A stretch of DNA of 64,000 nt, taken from positions 1,024-65,023 of the forward strand of contig CAZEID010000006.1 in NCBI GenBank assembly GCA_964512075.1, written 5' to 3'. Position numbers and translations under genes: made by a program. The stretch is from an uncultured Candidatus Saccharibacteria bacterium. Its GTDB lineage: Bacteria; Patescibacteriota; WWE3; 9FT-COMBO-53-11. Shown one piece after another: positions 56,883 to 64,000 of the stretch. The notes under the pieces were generated by a model, which searched no databases, was not told the origin of the DNA, and was given only the letters and a program-made list of their open reading frames with translations. The number at the start of each line of letters is the position of its first letter. Within the stretch, counting starts at the first letter, position 1.

Positions 56883-59519
56883 CTACCTAGTAATTTTCGC
56901 AAGCAGGACGCGTTTTAAATTGCTGTATGCTTTGAGAGCGTCAAAGATGACAAGGATAAGGAGGCCCGCCAAGCCCGCTTCCAGCCAATGCCGATAATCA
57001 ATGGCAGCGGTCTCAAAGACACTTCTAGCCCCATCCCAATAGACGATAATGAGAGTCGCCGCTAAGGAAACCGCCGAAGCTCCGGCGAGATATGGATTTA
57101 CAAACGGCGACCTTGTCAGCGTCGGATACCTAAAAGACCTAAAGTTGAAAGCACTCGCAATCTCGATAACGATGAGGGTTACTAAAGCGGTAGTTCGGAC
57201 CTCCGAAACGCCGTAGCCCAGCAGATTAAACGAAATGTAGTAAACCGCCAGCGTAATCACCCCCATTAAAAGCCCGTTGAAAATCATCAGCTTAAAAAGG
57301 GGCCGGCTCAAGATGTGGGTGTCTTTTCTCGGCGGCTCGTCCATTACATCTTTCGAATAGGGGTTCAACCCCAGAGTAATGGCAGGAAGGTTGTCTGTGA
57401 TTAAGTTCATGAAGAGGATGTGCAGGGGAAGAAGGAGAGGCGTTGCCCAACCAAAAACGGGGGCGAGAGCCGCCCCAGTGAAGATAATCAACAACTCAGA
57501 GAAATTACAGGAGAGCTGGTAACTGGCAAACTTCCGAATGTTATTGAATATCGTTCTCCCCTCCTTAACTGCGGAAACGATGGTGGCGAAATTGTCATCT
57601 TTCAAAATAAGGTCGGATACCGAACGGGTCACATCCGTTCCGCTTTTCCCCATCGCCACACCGATATGGGCTTCTTTTAGAGCGGGGGCATCATTAACCC
57701 CGTCCCCCGTCATCGTCACCACCTCCCCAAGCTCCTTAAGCGCTCGAACAATCCTCAACTTATGCTCGGGACGGACGCGAGCGAAAATAACGGTATTTTT
57801 GATCACCTGAACCAACTCCTGGTCGCTCAACTCGTCGATCTGTGAACCTACCAACGCCGCGCCTTCCAGCCCGATCTGCTTGCCAATTGAGATCGCAGTC
57901 TCTTTGCTGTCCCCAGTTATCATCTTCACCGCGATCCCTGCCGACCGGCAATCCTCCAGAGCTTCCGCCACTTCCTCCCGAGGGGCATCTTCCATTCCCA
58001 CAATACCCAAGAGGACGAGATTATTCTCCGGGTACTCCTTAGTAGAGCCACTGGCGGGTTTGTAGGCTAGCATCAACGTCCTTAAAGTTTGAGAGTTCAA
58101 TTTTTGGTTGACGGCGATTATTTCATCTTTTCGCCCTTTGGTGAGCTTCTTCTCCTCTCCACCAACCTTTTCTTTAGCGCACCTTTCAAGCAAAATCTCC
58201 GGCGCCCCCGCGGCAAACACCAACCTCCGACCGTCAATTTCGACCAAGCAAGACATCATCTTCCTCTCAGAGCTGAAAGGAACCTCGTGCAACCTTTTAA
58301 CGTTTAGACCTTCCGGAAACACTCCCGCCTTTGCAGCGACGATCAAGAGCGCCCCCTCCGTAGGAGTTCCCAGAATTCTATACTCAGCATCCTGGCCAGT
58401 CCGCTGGATATGGGCGTTATTAGCGATTGCCGCCGCCTTTAGCAAAAAACTAAGATTTTCATCGCGGTGAGGGTCCACCTCCTCTCCCCGGTGAATAAAG
58501 CTCCCCCGTCCCACGTAACCAGAGCCAGTAACCTTATAAAACTTGTTGTTGGAAAAAATAGTCTTAACAGTCATTTCCCCTTTTGTTACTGTTCCGGTCT
58601 TATCAGCGCAGATAACGGTCGTTTCTCCTAAAGTTTCAATGATCGACATGCGGTTGACGATCGCGTTTTTTCGGGCCATTCTAACCATTCCGGTTGCCAA
58701 AGTCGTGGTCAGTACTACGGGAAAACCTTCGGGGAAAGCCGAAACAGAAAGAGCGATCGCCAAAACCATTACTTCGGTTAGCAATTGATAATTAACAATT
58801 TCGGCCCTAAAAATCATCAAACCGGCAGTCAAAAGAGAGACCGTTACCGCTACTGTCGCCATATATTTGGCAATTTGATTAACCTTTTTCTGCAAAGGCA
58901 TCTCTTTTTCGGCCCGGGAAATCATCGCAGCGATCTCTCCAAAACGAGCACTCATCCCGATGTGCTGCACCCGAGCCACACATCTTCCTCGAACAATAAA
59001 AGTACCCATAAATAGCTTATTGGCGTCCTCCTTTTCCGCCTCGGAAGACTTCTTAACCTCGACGGACTCTCCGGTCAACACCGACTCGTCTACCCTAAGC
59101 TCGTTCGCTTCAAGAACCACACAATCGGCGGGTACTCTTTCGCCGCTTCCTAGAATGACAATGTCCCCTGGTACCAAATCTCTTGAAAGGATATCTTTTT
59201 CTTTTCCGTCTCTAATAACAGTGGAGAAAGGCATCATCATTCCCCGCAGGGTTTCGATGGCTTTCTCGGCCTTATATTCTTGGATAAATCCCGAAAGCAC
59301 TACGGCCGCAACGACCGCAAGAATCGTACACGCAGTAACATCCTTACCGACAATAAAAGACAGGGCCGCGGCTACCAAAAGCAAATAAATAATGAAGTTC
59401 TTCCTTATTTGCCTTACCAAGATCGTGAAGGGGGTAGCCTTCCCGACCTCCTTGATTTCGTTATCGCCGTACTGCTCTTTAAGTTTTTGGGCTTCTTTCT
59501 CGGTCAAGCCTCGGATCAT
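56883..59519 (-). CDS. cation-transporting P-type ATPase (type II, Ca2+-ATPase-like)
   Basis: DKTGTVT, TGDGVNDAPALK and TGES motifs, 10 TM, 878 aa. Confidence 0.8.
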   Translation of the reverse strand: MIRGLTEKEAQKLKEQYGDNEIKEVGKATPFTILVRQIRKNFIIYLLLVAAALSFIVGKDVTACTILAVVAAVVLSGFIQEYKAEKAIETLRGMMMPFSTVIRDGKEKDILSRDLVPGDIVILGSGERVPADCVVLEANELRVDESVLTGESVEVKKSSEAEKEDANKLFMGTFIVRGRCVARVQHIGMSARFGEIAAMISRAEKEMPLQKKVNQIAKYMATVAVTVSLLTAGLMIFRAEIVNYQLLTEVMVLAIALSVSAFPEGFPVVLTTTLATGMVRMARKNAIVNRMSIIETLGETTVICADKTGTVTKGEMTVKTIFSNNKFYKVTGSGYVGRGSFIHRGEEVDPHRDENLSFLLKAAAIANNAHIQRTGQDAEYRILGTPTEGALLIVAAKAGVFPEGLNVKRLHEVPFSSERKMMSCLVEIDGRRLVFAAGAPEILLERCAKEKVGGEEKKLTKGRKDEIIAVNQKLNSQTLRTLMLAYKPASGSTKEYPENNLVLLGIVGMEDAPREEVAEALEDCRSAGIAVKMITGDSKETAISIGKQIGLEGAALVGSQIDELSDQELVQVIKNTVIFARVRPEHKLRIVRALKELGEVVTMTGDGVNDAPALKEAHIGVAMGKSGTDVTRSVSDLILKDDNFATIVSAVKEGRTIFNNIRKFASYQLSCNFSELLIIFTGAALAPVFGWATPLLLPLHILFMNLITDNLPAITLGLNPYSKDVMDEPPRKDTHILSRPLFKLMIFNGLLMGVITLAVYYISFNLLGYGVSEVRTTALVTLIVIEIASAFNFRSFRYPTLTRSPFVNPYLAGASAVSLAATLIIVYWDGARSVFETAAIDYRHWLEAGLAGLLILVIFDALKAYSNLKRVLLAKITR

Positions 59520-59581
59520 TAAAACAGTTTAGCAACAAAGACCGTTGGAAGGAACTGCTACCCATAATCCTATAGTGCCTA

Positions 59582-59610
59582 TTGACAGAAGGGAACCTCA
59601 CTGGTATACT
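59582..59610 (+). promoter_or_regulatory. near-consensus promoter TTGACA-17-TATACT
   Basis: Read directly. About 190 nt upstream of the GTG start at 59801. Confidence 0.5.
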
Positions 59611-59800
59611 TTCCTGCTGAACCTTAATAACCGAATCGGTTTGACCTCTAAGGTGGGAAGAGTTGGGCGCGGATTTCGCCGTACTCAACTCAACCCCTGA
59701 TTAGGGGAACCAAAACCAAAAAAAGAAGGGAGGATGGAAGAGGGTATTACTAGGCTTGCCCAGCCCGCGCCGTAACCGAGCATCTACCAAGGAGAAAGCT

Positions 59801-61423
59801 GTGAAAACGAAAGGACTGCGTTTCTTTCTGGTTTTGGGTGTGCTGGCGGCCCTGTTCGCCTTCGGCGCTACGAGCGCCGGAGCCACGGGGGGAGGCGGCT
59901 ACGACCTGAATGTGGACGTCGACGCCGAGTGTGAGACCTATACGGTCTCAGCCAACCCCGCGAACTGGGACGAAGACAACACCGGACAGAGCCGGATCCA
60001 GTGGCGGCCAGTTCCGGGAACGCTGACTGGAACCGGCACGTTCGCTTTCGGCGAATTCGATTCCTCCGCAAGTTGGGAGGTTTCGGTCCAATATCGCAAA
60101 TACACCAGCTCGAACTGGGGCTTCACCTGGACCGCTACCAGCGTCTACCACACCGAGACGGATAGCGGCAGTGTGAGCCGAAAAGGGCACTGCGACGTGG
60201 TGATTTGCCACGCTACCGGTAGCCAGAGCAATCCCTACATCCAGATCACGGTGGATGACCGCGCCGTGGATGGAGTTGGGAGCTCGGACCACAACCGGGA
60301 CGGGCACCAGAACGGTGAGGACATCATCCCGCCGGGCTTCTGGGATGCGGACGGCCGGAACTGGACGGCGGAAGGTATCGCCATCTGGGAGAACGGCTGC
60401 GAAATCCCCGAGCCTCCGCCGCCTCCGGTCGAGGGATGCACTGATCCGTTGGCGCTCAACTACAACCCTGAGGCCACGGTTGACGATGGCAGTTGCGAGT
60501 ACCCACCTCCGGTGCAGGTCTGCGAGGATCCCGCCGCGCTGAATTATGGCGAGGAGGGCGAGTGCCAATACCCGCCGCCAACCTACACCATCGAGGACCT
60601 TTCAGACTGTGATGGCTTCGCCTTCTTGTTTTACCAAGATGGCGAGCCGATCGGCGGTGGGAGCGGTCCCTGGAACGGGCGGACACTCCTGTACGTCGTG
60701 CTCCCGCCGGACAGTCTGGAGTTCTTCGCCACTGCAGCACCGCCGGACGATCATACGGTCGTGGGACAGGTGGTCAGGCCTGACTACTGCGAACCGGGCG
60801 AACCGCCGTGCCCGCAGTGCGTTTGCCCAACCTGCGGCCCACCCGTCCAGGAAACGATGGGTGAATCGATGGGCATCGCCTGGTTTTCGGACGTCCCCTG
60901 CGACGCCGGGACCTGTCCGCTCTTCGCGGGCCAGGACCACAACCCCTGGGTGAAGCTGTGGACAATGATCCCAAGCTTCTTCACCCACGAAGGTGTGACT
61001 GCCCCGCTAACGGCCGTCACGACTGCCAACGGGGAGGTCTGCTACGAAGCGTTCTTCCGGGATGGAGACTCCATTGGGGACTTCATCCTCTGGGGTCCGA
61101 ACGGGGAGGGCGATCGCATCCGGGGTCACTTCCCGGCCAGCGATCCGCAACCGCACAAGTACAGCGCCTGCTCGATCTTCCCGAGCTGGTGTGATACCCG
61201 CCTCGGGGAAGACGGCCAAGGCTACGCGCTCTGGCTGCCCGGACACACCGTGTGGGACTGGGCCCAGTTTCTGCTCCAGAACGGGTTCTTCCCGGGCGAG
61301 GAGAATCGGGCCACGCTGGCGCTGGGGTGGGCAATGGCCCTGCGCGAGAACGGCAACGCCGCCCTGCTCACTTGGAACGGCGACCTGAGGAACCTTCCGC
61401 CGTTTCCGCTTCCGCCCCGGTAA
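59801..61423 (+). CDS. secreted cysteine-rich protein with two tandem ~25-aa Cys-containing repeats
   Basis: GTG start with RBS AAGGAG 6 nt upstream. Signal peptide MKTKGLRFFLVLGVLAALFAFGATSAGA. Repeats CTDPLALNYNPEATVDDGSCEYPPP and CEDPAALNYGEEGECQYPPP (60437-60580). About 20 Cys in total. GC about 62-68% against a ~53% background. Confidence 0.6.
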   Translation: MKTKGLRFFLVLGVLAALFAFGATSAGATGGGGYDLNVDVDAECETYTVSANPANWDEDNTGQSRIQWRPVPGTLTGTGTFAFGEFDSSASWEVSVQYRKYTSSNWGFTWTATSVYHTETDSGSVSRKGHCDVVICHATGSQSNPYIQITVDDRAVDGVGSSDHNRDGHQNGEDIIPPGFWDADGRNWTAEGIAIWENGCEIPEPPPPPVEGCTDPLALNYNPEATVDDGSCEYPPPVQVCEDPAALNYGEEGECQYPPPTYTIEDLSDCDGFAFLFYQDGEPIGGGSGPWNGRTLLYVVLPPDSLEFFATAAPPDDHTVVGQVVRPDYCEPGEPPCPQCVCPTCGPPVQETMGESMGIAWFSDVPCDAGTCPLFAGQDHNPWVKLWTMIPSFFTHEGVTAPLTAVTTANGEVCYEAFFRDGDSIGDFILWGPNGEGDRIRGHFPASDPQPHKYSACSIFPSWCDTRLGEDGQGYALWLPGHTVWDWAQFLLQNGFFPGEENRATLALGWAMALRENGNAALLTWNGDLRNLPPFPLPPR

Positions 61424-61492
61424 GTAAAGGAGCTTGAGACCCAAGGTGCTTTTGAGCAATCAAAAGCACCTTTTTCATTTTCGGCGGAAATT

Positions 61493-62587
61493 TCAAACCA
61501 AACGAAGGGTAACAATAACACCAAGAACGGACAGGACGATACCGGCAATCAGGTGCAAGAGCCGAATATTTCGCTCCTTCCATTCGGCGGCTTTCTCGAC
61601 CGTGGAGTAACCCCAGAAAATCAGCCCCAAGATTAGCAAGAGCGGGAGGACGAAAAAGACGTTGTAGAGCAGGAGATATGGCACTGCCGCCATTAGCGTC
61701 AAACTTTTCGCCAATAGACCCAGAACAAAGAAGTAAGGACCACCGGTGCAGGGAAGCTCAAAAAGTATCACCACAAAACCCACCAGAAACGCCCCTAGCG
61801 GGGAGGTAGCTTTGTAGATGATGTCCTTAAGAGGGTGCCGCCAGCTCCGCGGAATCTCCATCGCAAATCCCCCGCCCCCGTACCAAAAGTAATCTTTGAT
61901 GTTCAAAAGCCCCAAGACAATCGCCAGAATTCCCACCAGCCGAGAAACGATGTCCGCCAGGCCCGATACCTGAATCGCCGAGAAGAGCCCCAAGCCGAAG
62001 AGGAAATAAGCCAAATAGATCGAAGCCGTAAAGGCCAACCCTGCCGCCAGCGCCCGCTTCCGGCTACCGGCACCGAGGAGAAACGCGGAAAGCAGAATCA
62101 GAAGCACGGCGATCGCACAGGGGTTGATTGAATCCACTAGCGCGGCCCCAATCACGGTTAAGAGAGTGGGAGCACCTAAAGTCTTCTCCGGAGGTGCCTC
62201 CCCCAACGGGCAGGCCACTTGAGGATGGGCGAGAACTTCACCTTCAAGTTCGGCAAGAATCGAAATATCACCAGTCAGATAACGGTCGCCGATAAAAACA
62301 GTTGGCACTCCCCAGGGCTGGGGAACATTATAGGCGGTTAAAACTTCTTGGAACTTCGCGGCGTTTTTTTGGTCATGCCAAACCTCAAAACGCCGGATTT
62401 TGAGACCCGGGTACCTTTGCTCCAGCTCTTCCAAAAAGGGTTTAACATTGGCACAGTGCGGGCACTCTTCACCATAGAAGTAGTAGACGCAAGCCGTCGG
62501 CTCTTGGGCCGAAACGGCACGCGCTCCCCGACCCAGGAAAACCGCGAGAAAAAGAAATAAAAGCAAACCCAACTTCCTTCGCATCAA
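61493..62587 (-). CDS. thioredoxin-like domain fused to a CcdA/DsbD-type transmembrane thiol-disulfide transporter
   Basis: Signal peptide, CPHC thioredoxin motif, then a multi-TM region with conserved Cys (CAIAVLL ... LPCTGGPYF). Confidence 0.65.
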   Translation of the reverse strand: MMRRKLGLLLFLFLAVFLGRGARAVSAQEPTACVYYFYGEECPHCANVKPFLEELEQRYPGLKIRRFEVWHDQKNAAKFQEVLTAYNVPQPWGVPTVFIGDRYLTGDISILAELEGEVLAHPQVACPLGEAPPEKTLGAPTLLTVIGAALVDSINPCAIAVLLILLSAFLLGAGSRKRALAAGLAFTASIYLAYFLFGLGLFSAIQVSGLADIVSRLVGILAIVLGLLNIKDYFWYGGGGFAMEIPRSWRHPLKDIIYKATSPLGAFLVGFVVILFELPCTGGPYFFVLGLLAKSLTLMAAVPYLLLYNVFFVLPLLLILGLIFWGYSTVEKAAEWKERNIRLLHLIAGIVLSVLGVIVTLRLV

Positions 62588-62606
62588 CTTATATTACCCT
62601 AAGGAG

Positions 62607-63488
62607 TCAAAGCCGCTTGAACCGTTTGAGGAGGTACCAAATGAAGGCGAGAATCGGAACCGTCACCACAGCATAAACTCCCACCCAGATCAACCCACCG
62701 GCGACACCGTAGACAAATGAGAGCAACGACCGTACCGCCTGTTTGAAAATTACCCCCGGCCGAAATCCTTCCGGCGGCTGGTAAGGAAGGGCAAACTCGT
62801 CAGTTGCTAGAGAAACCGTGATTCGGGAAAAGGCGGCTGAATCAGCAATGAATTTCTTCCGCCCCTTAAGGGCGTCGATTTGCTCCCGCAAAGTAATGAT
62901 CTGCTGGGTAATCGAAACCAGATCGGCAATTTTAGTGGCCCTGGACTTGATCGCCTCAAATTGAGCAACGGTCTCCTCCAGCGCTTTAATCCGAGAATCC
63001 AAATCCTGGAATTCCTCCGTTACGTCGGTCCCGACGATGTTTTCCTCCACCACTTTAACCGCTAGGGTTCGGTAATATTCAACCGCCGGGCGAAGCTTGG
63101 TGTTAGGAACTCGAACTACCACTGTCGCCACCGGTGATTCCTCCGGCGAAGTGATTTCGGAAGAAACTAGAAAACCGCCCTCTTTCTCGGCGTAGCGCAC
63201 CACTTCCTCCGCCGCCGCCGAAACGTCATTCACGACCAGCGAAAGGTTGGATTCCTCAATCACCACCCGCTCTTCGCTGGTTTCAGTTCCGGCAGCGCCT
63301 TTCTCTTCGTTCCCTCCTCCGACGAATTCGGGGACAGAACCACTCACGCCAGAAGACGAGGATCGGGACACCCACAACAGCTCGAACCAGCCAAGCAACC
63401 AAACCAAGACGAGAAGGAAGAAAATTGCAATCAAAACCGAGGCGAATTTGTGAGCTTTTACCCAGTTGAGAAAGGGCCTAAGAGCCAT
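62607..63488 (-). CDS. DUF4349-like membrane-anchored protein
   Basis: N-terminal TM, central coiled-coil region, C-terminal TM. The pattern resembles DUF4349. Confidence 0.45.
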   Translation of the reverse strand: MALRPFLNWVKAHKFASVLIAIFFLLVLVWLLGWFELLWVSRSSSSGVSGSVPEFVGGGNEEKGAAGTETSEERVVIEESNLSLVVNDVSAAAEEVVRYAEKEGGFLVSSEITSPEESPVATVVVRVPNTKLRPAVEYYRTLAVKVVEENIVGTDVTEEFQDLDSRIKALEETVAQFEAIKSRATKIADLVSITQQIITLREQIDALKGRKKFIADSAAFSRITVSLATDEFALPYQPPEGFRPGVIFKQAVRSLLSFVYGVAGGLIWVGVYAVVTVPILAFIWYLLKRFKRL

Positions 63489-63531
63489 TGGCTTAGTGTA
63501 GCAAACTAGCTCCCCGGGATGGTATCCTACG

Positions 63532-63849
63532 TCAGAGCTTTTTTAATAGCGAGAGATTACCGGCTATCAAAGCTTCTTTCTTTGCGCGAGTCCAACCTTT
63601 GAGCTGTCTTTCCCGTTTCATAGCCGCAGAACGGGATTCAAATTCCTCGGTGTAGACAAGCTTAAAATCACCAAAGTCTTTGATAAACTTTGCTCCGTGA
63701 CTAGTTTGATGATCAGACAACCGTTGCTCCAAGTTCTGAGTGTGCCCAACATAAAGTCGATTATGGATGTTACGAAGGATGTAAAGGTAAAACACGTATT
63801 GGCTATAGTCCTTCGACTGACGCTCAGGACATTCGACTCTGGAACTCAA
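63532..63849 (-). CDS. GIY-YIG nuclease family protein (small, stand-alone)
   Basis: YVFYLYILRNIHNRLYVGHTQNLEQRLSDH carries the GIY...YIG motif, with R and E further on. Confidence 0.65.
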   Translation of the reverse strand: MSSRVECPERQSKDYSQYVFYLYILRNIHNRLYVGHTQNLEQRLSDHQTSHGAKFIKDFGDFKLVYTEEFESRSAAMKRERQLKGWTRAKKEALIAGNLSLLKKL

Positions 63850-64000
63850 TGGCCTGCGGCCATGAGCGAACGAAGTGAGTCGAATGGTTCGCCATTGCGG
63901 ACGATGTTAGAACCTCTTGGAGAACTGCAGGACAGCCTGTTTATATCCCAAACTTTGCTTAAGTCAAGAAAGAAGTGGGAGGAAGCCCCTCCAATCGACG

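Noticed and set aside
59868-61548. Dense overlapping ORFs on both strands within the Cys-rich secreted protein gene
   Set aside because: They are a by-product of 62-68% GC. The + frame with signal peptide, RBS and promoter explains the region.

Overview
This 64 kb window is dense, mostly housekeeping chromosomal DNA. Its gene content suggests a reduced-genome bacterium, probably of the Patescibacteria/CPR type. That placement is an inference from content: RRM RNA-binding protein, LOG-family gene, split transketolase, stand-alone 5'-3' exonuclease, ATP-dependent DNA ligase, a short 4-domain S1 protein and an LPXTG surface protein. The window has not been searched against any database. Background GC is roughly 52-55%. 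Confidently recognised genes are rho, radA, rpsA, a complete stand-alone 16S rRNA gene (minus strand, not followed by 23S), mnmA, trxB, an ABC importer ATPase/permease pair, DsbA-like and Trx-CcdA disulfide proteins, a 2-hydroxyacid dehydrogenase, a PfkB kinase, an Mg-type and a Ca-type P-type ATPase, a pentose-phosphate cluster (fba, split tkt, LOG, rpe, rpiB), pcm, ATP-dependent DNA ligase, recF, mutM, a GT1 glycosyltransferase, ftsH, trpS, an ftsB-like gene, a Xer-type tyrosine recombinase and a CsaA-like tRNA-binding protein. Six tRNA genes are present: Ala-CGC, Ala-GGC, Ile-GAT, two CAT tRNAs and an unusual Ile-TAT. No CRISPR array, transposase or phage gene was seen. The most interesting non-housekeeping signals are: (1) an FtsK/HerA/VirD4-superfamily ATPase with a proline-rich N-terminus, followed by a large multi-TM protein; (2) a TrpR/YerC-like regulator whose 20-bp palindrome TTTTACAG-N4-CTGTAAAA occurs three times; (3) a DUF5320-like/DUF134 pair behind a near-consensus promoter with an 18-bp palindromic operator; (4) a frameshifted four-helix-bundle (23S-IVS-type) protein gene lying outside any rRNA and flanked by inverted arrays of a GCTAAAA heptamer that recur at rho, a peptidase gene and the 16S leader; (5) a compositionally foreign, cysteine-rich secreted protein gene with its own consensus promoter; and (6) a degenerate third tRNA-Ala-like minihelix element. 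All functional calls rest on motifs I can read in the ORF translations; none has been verified by search.
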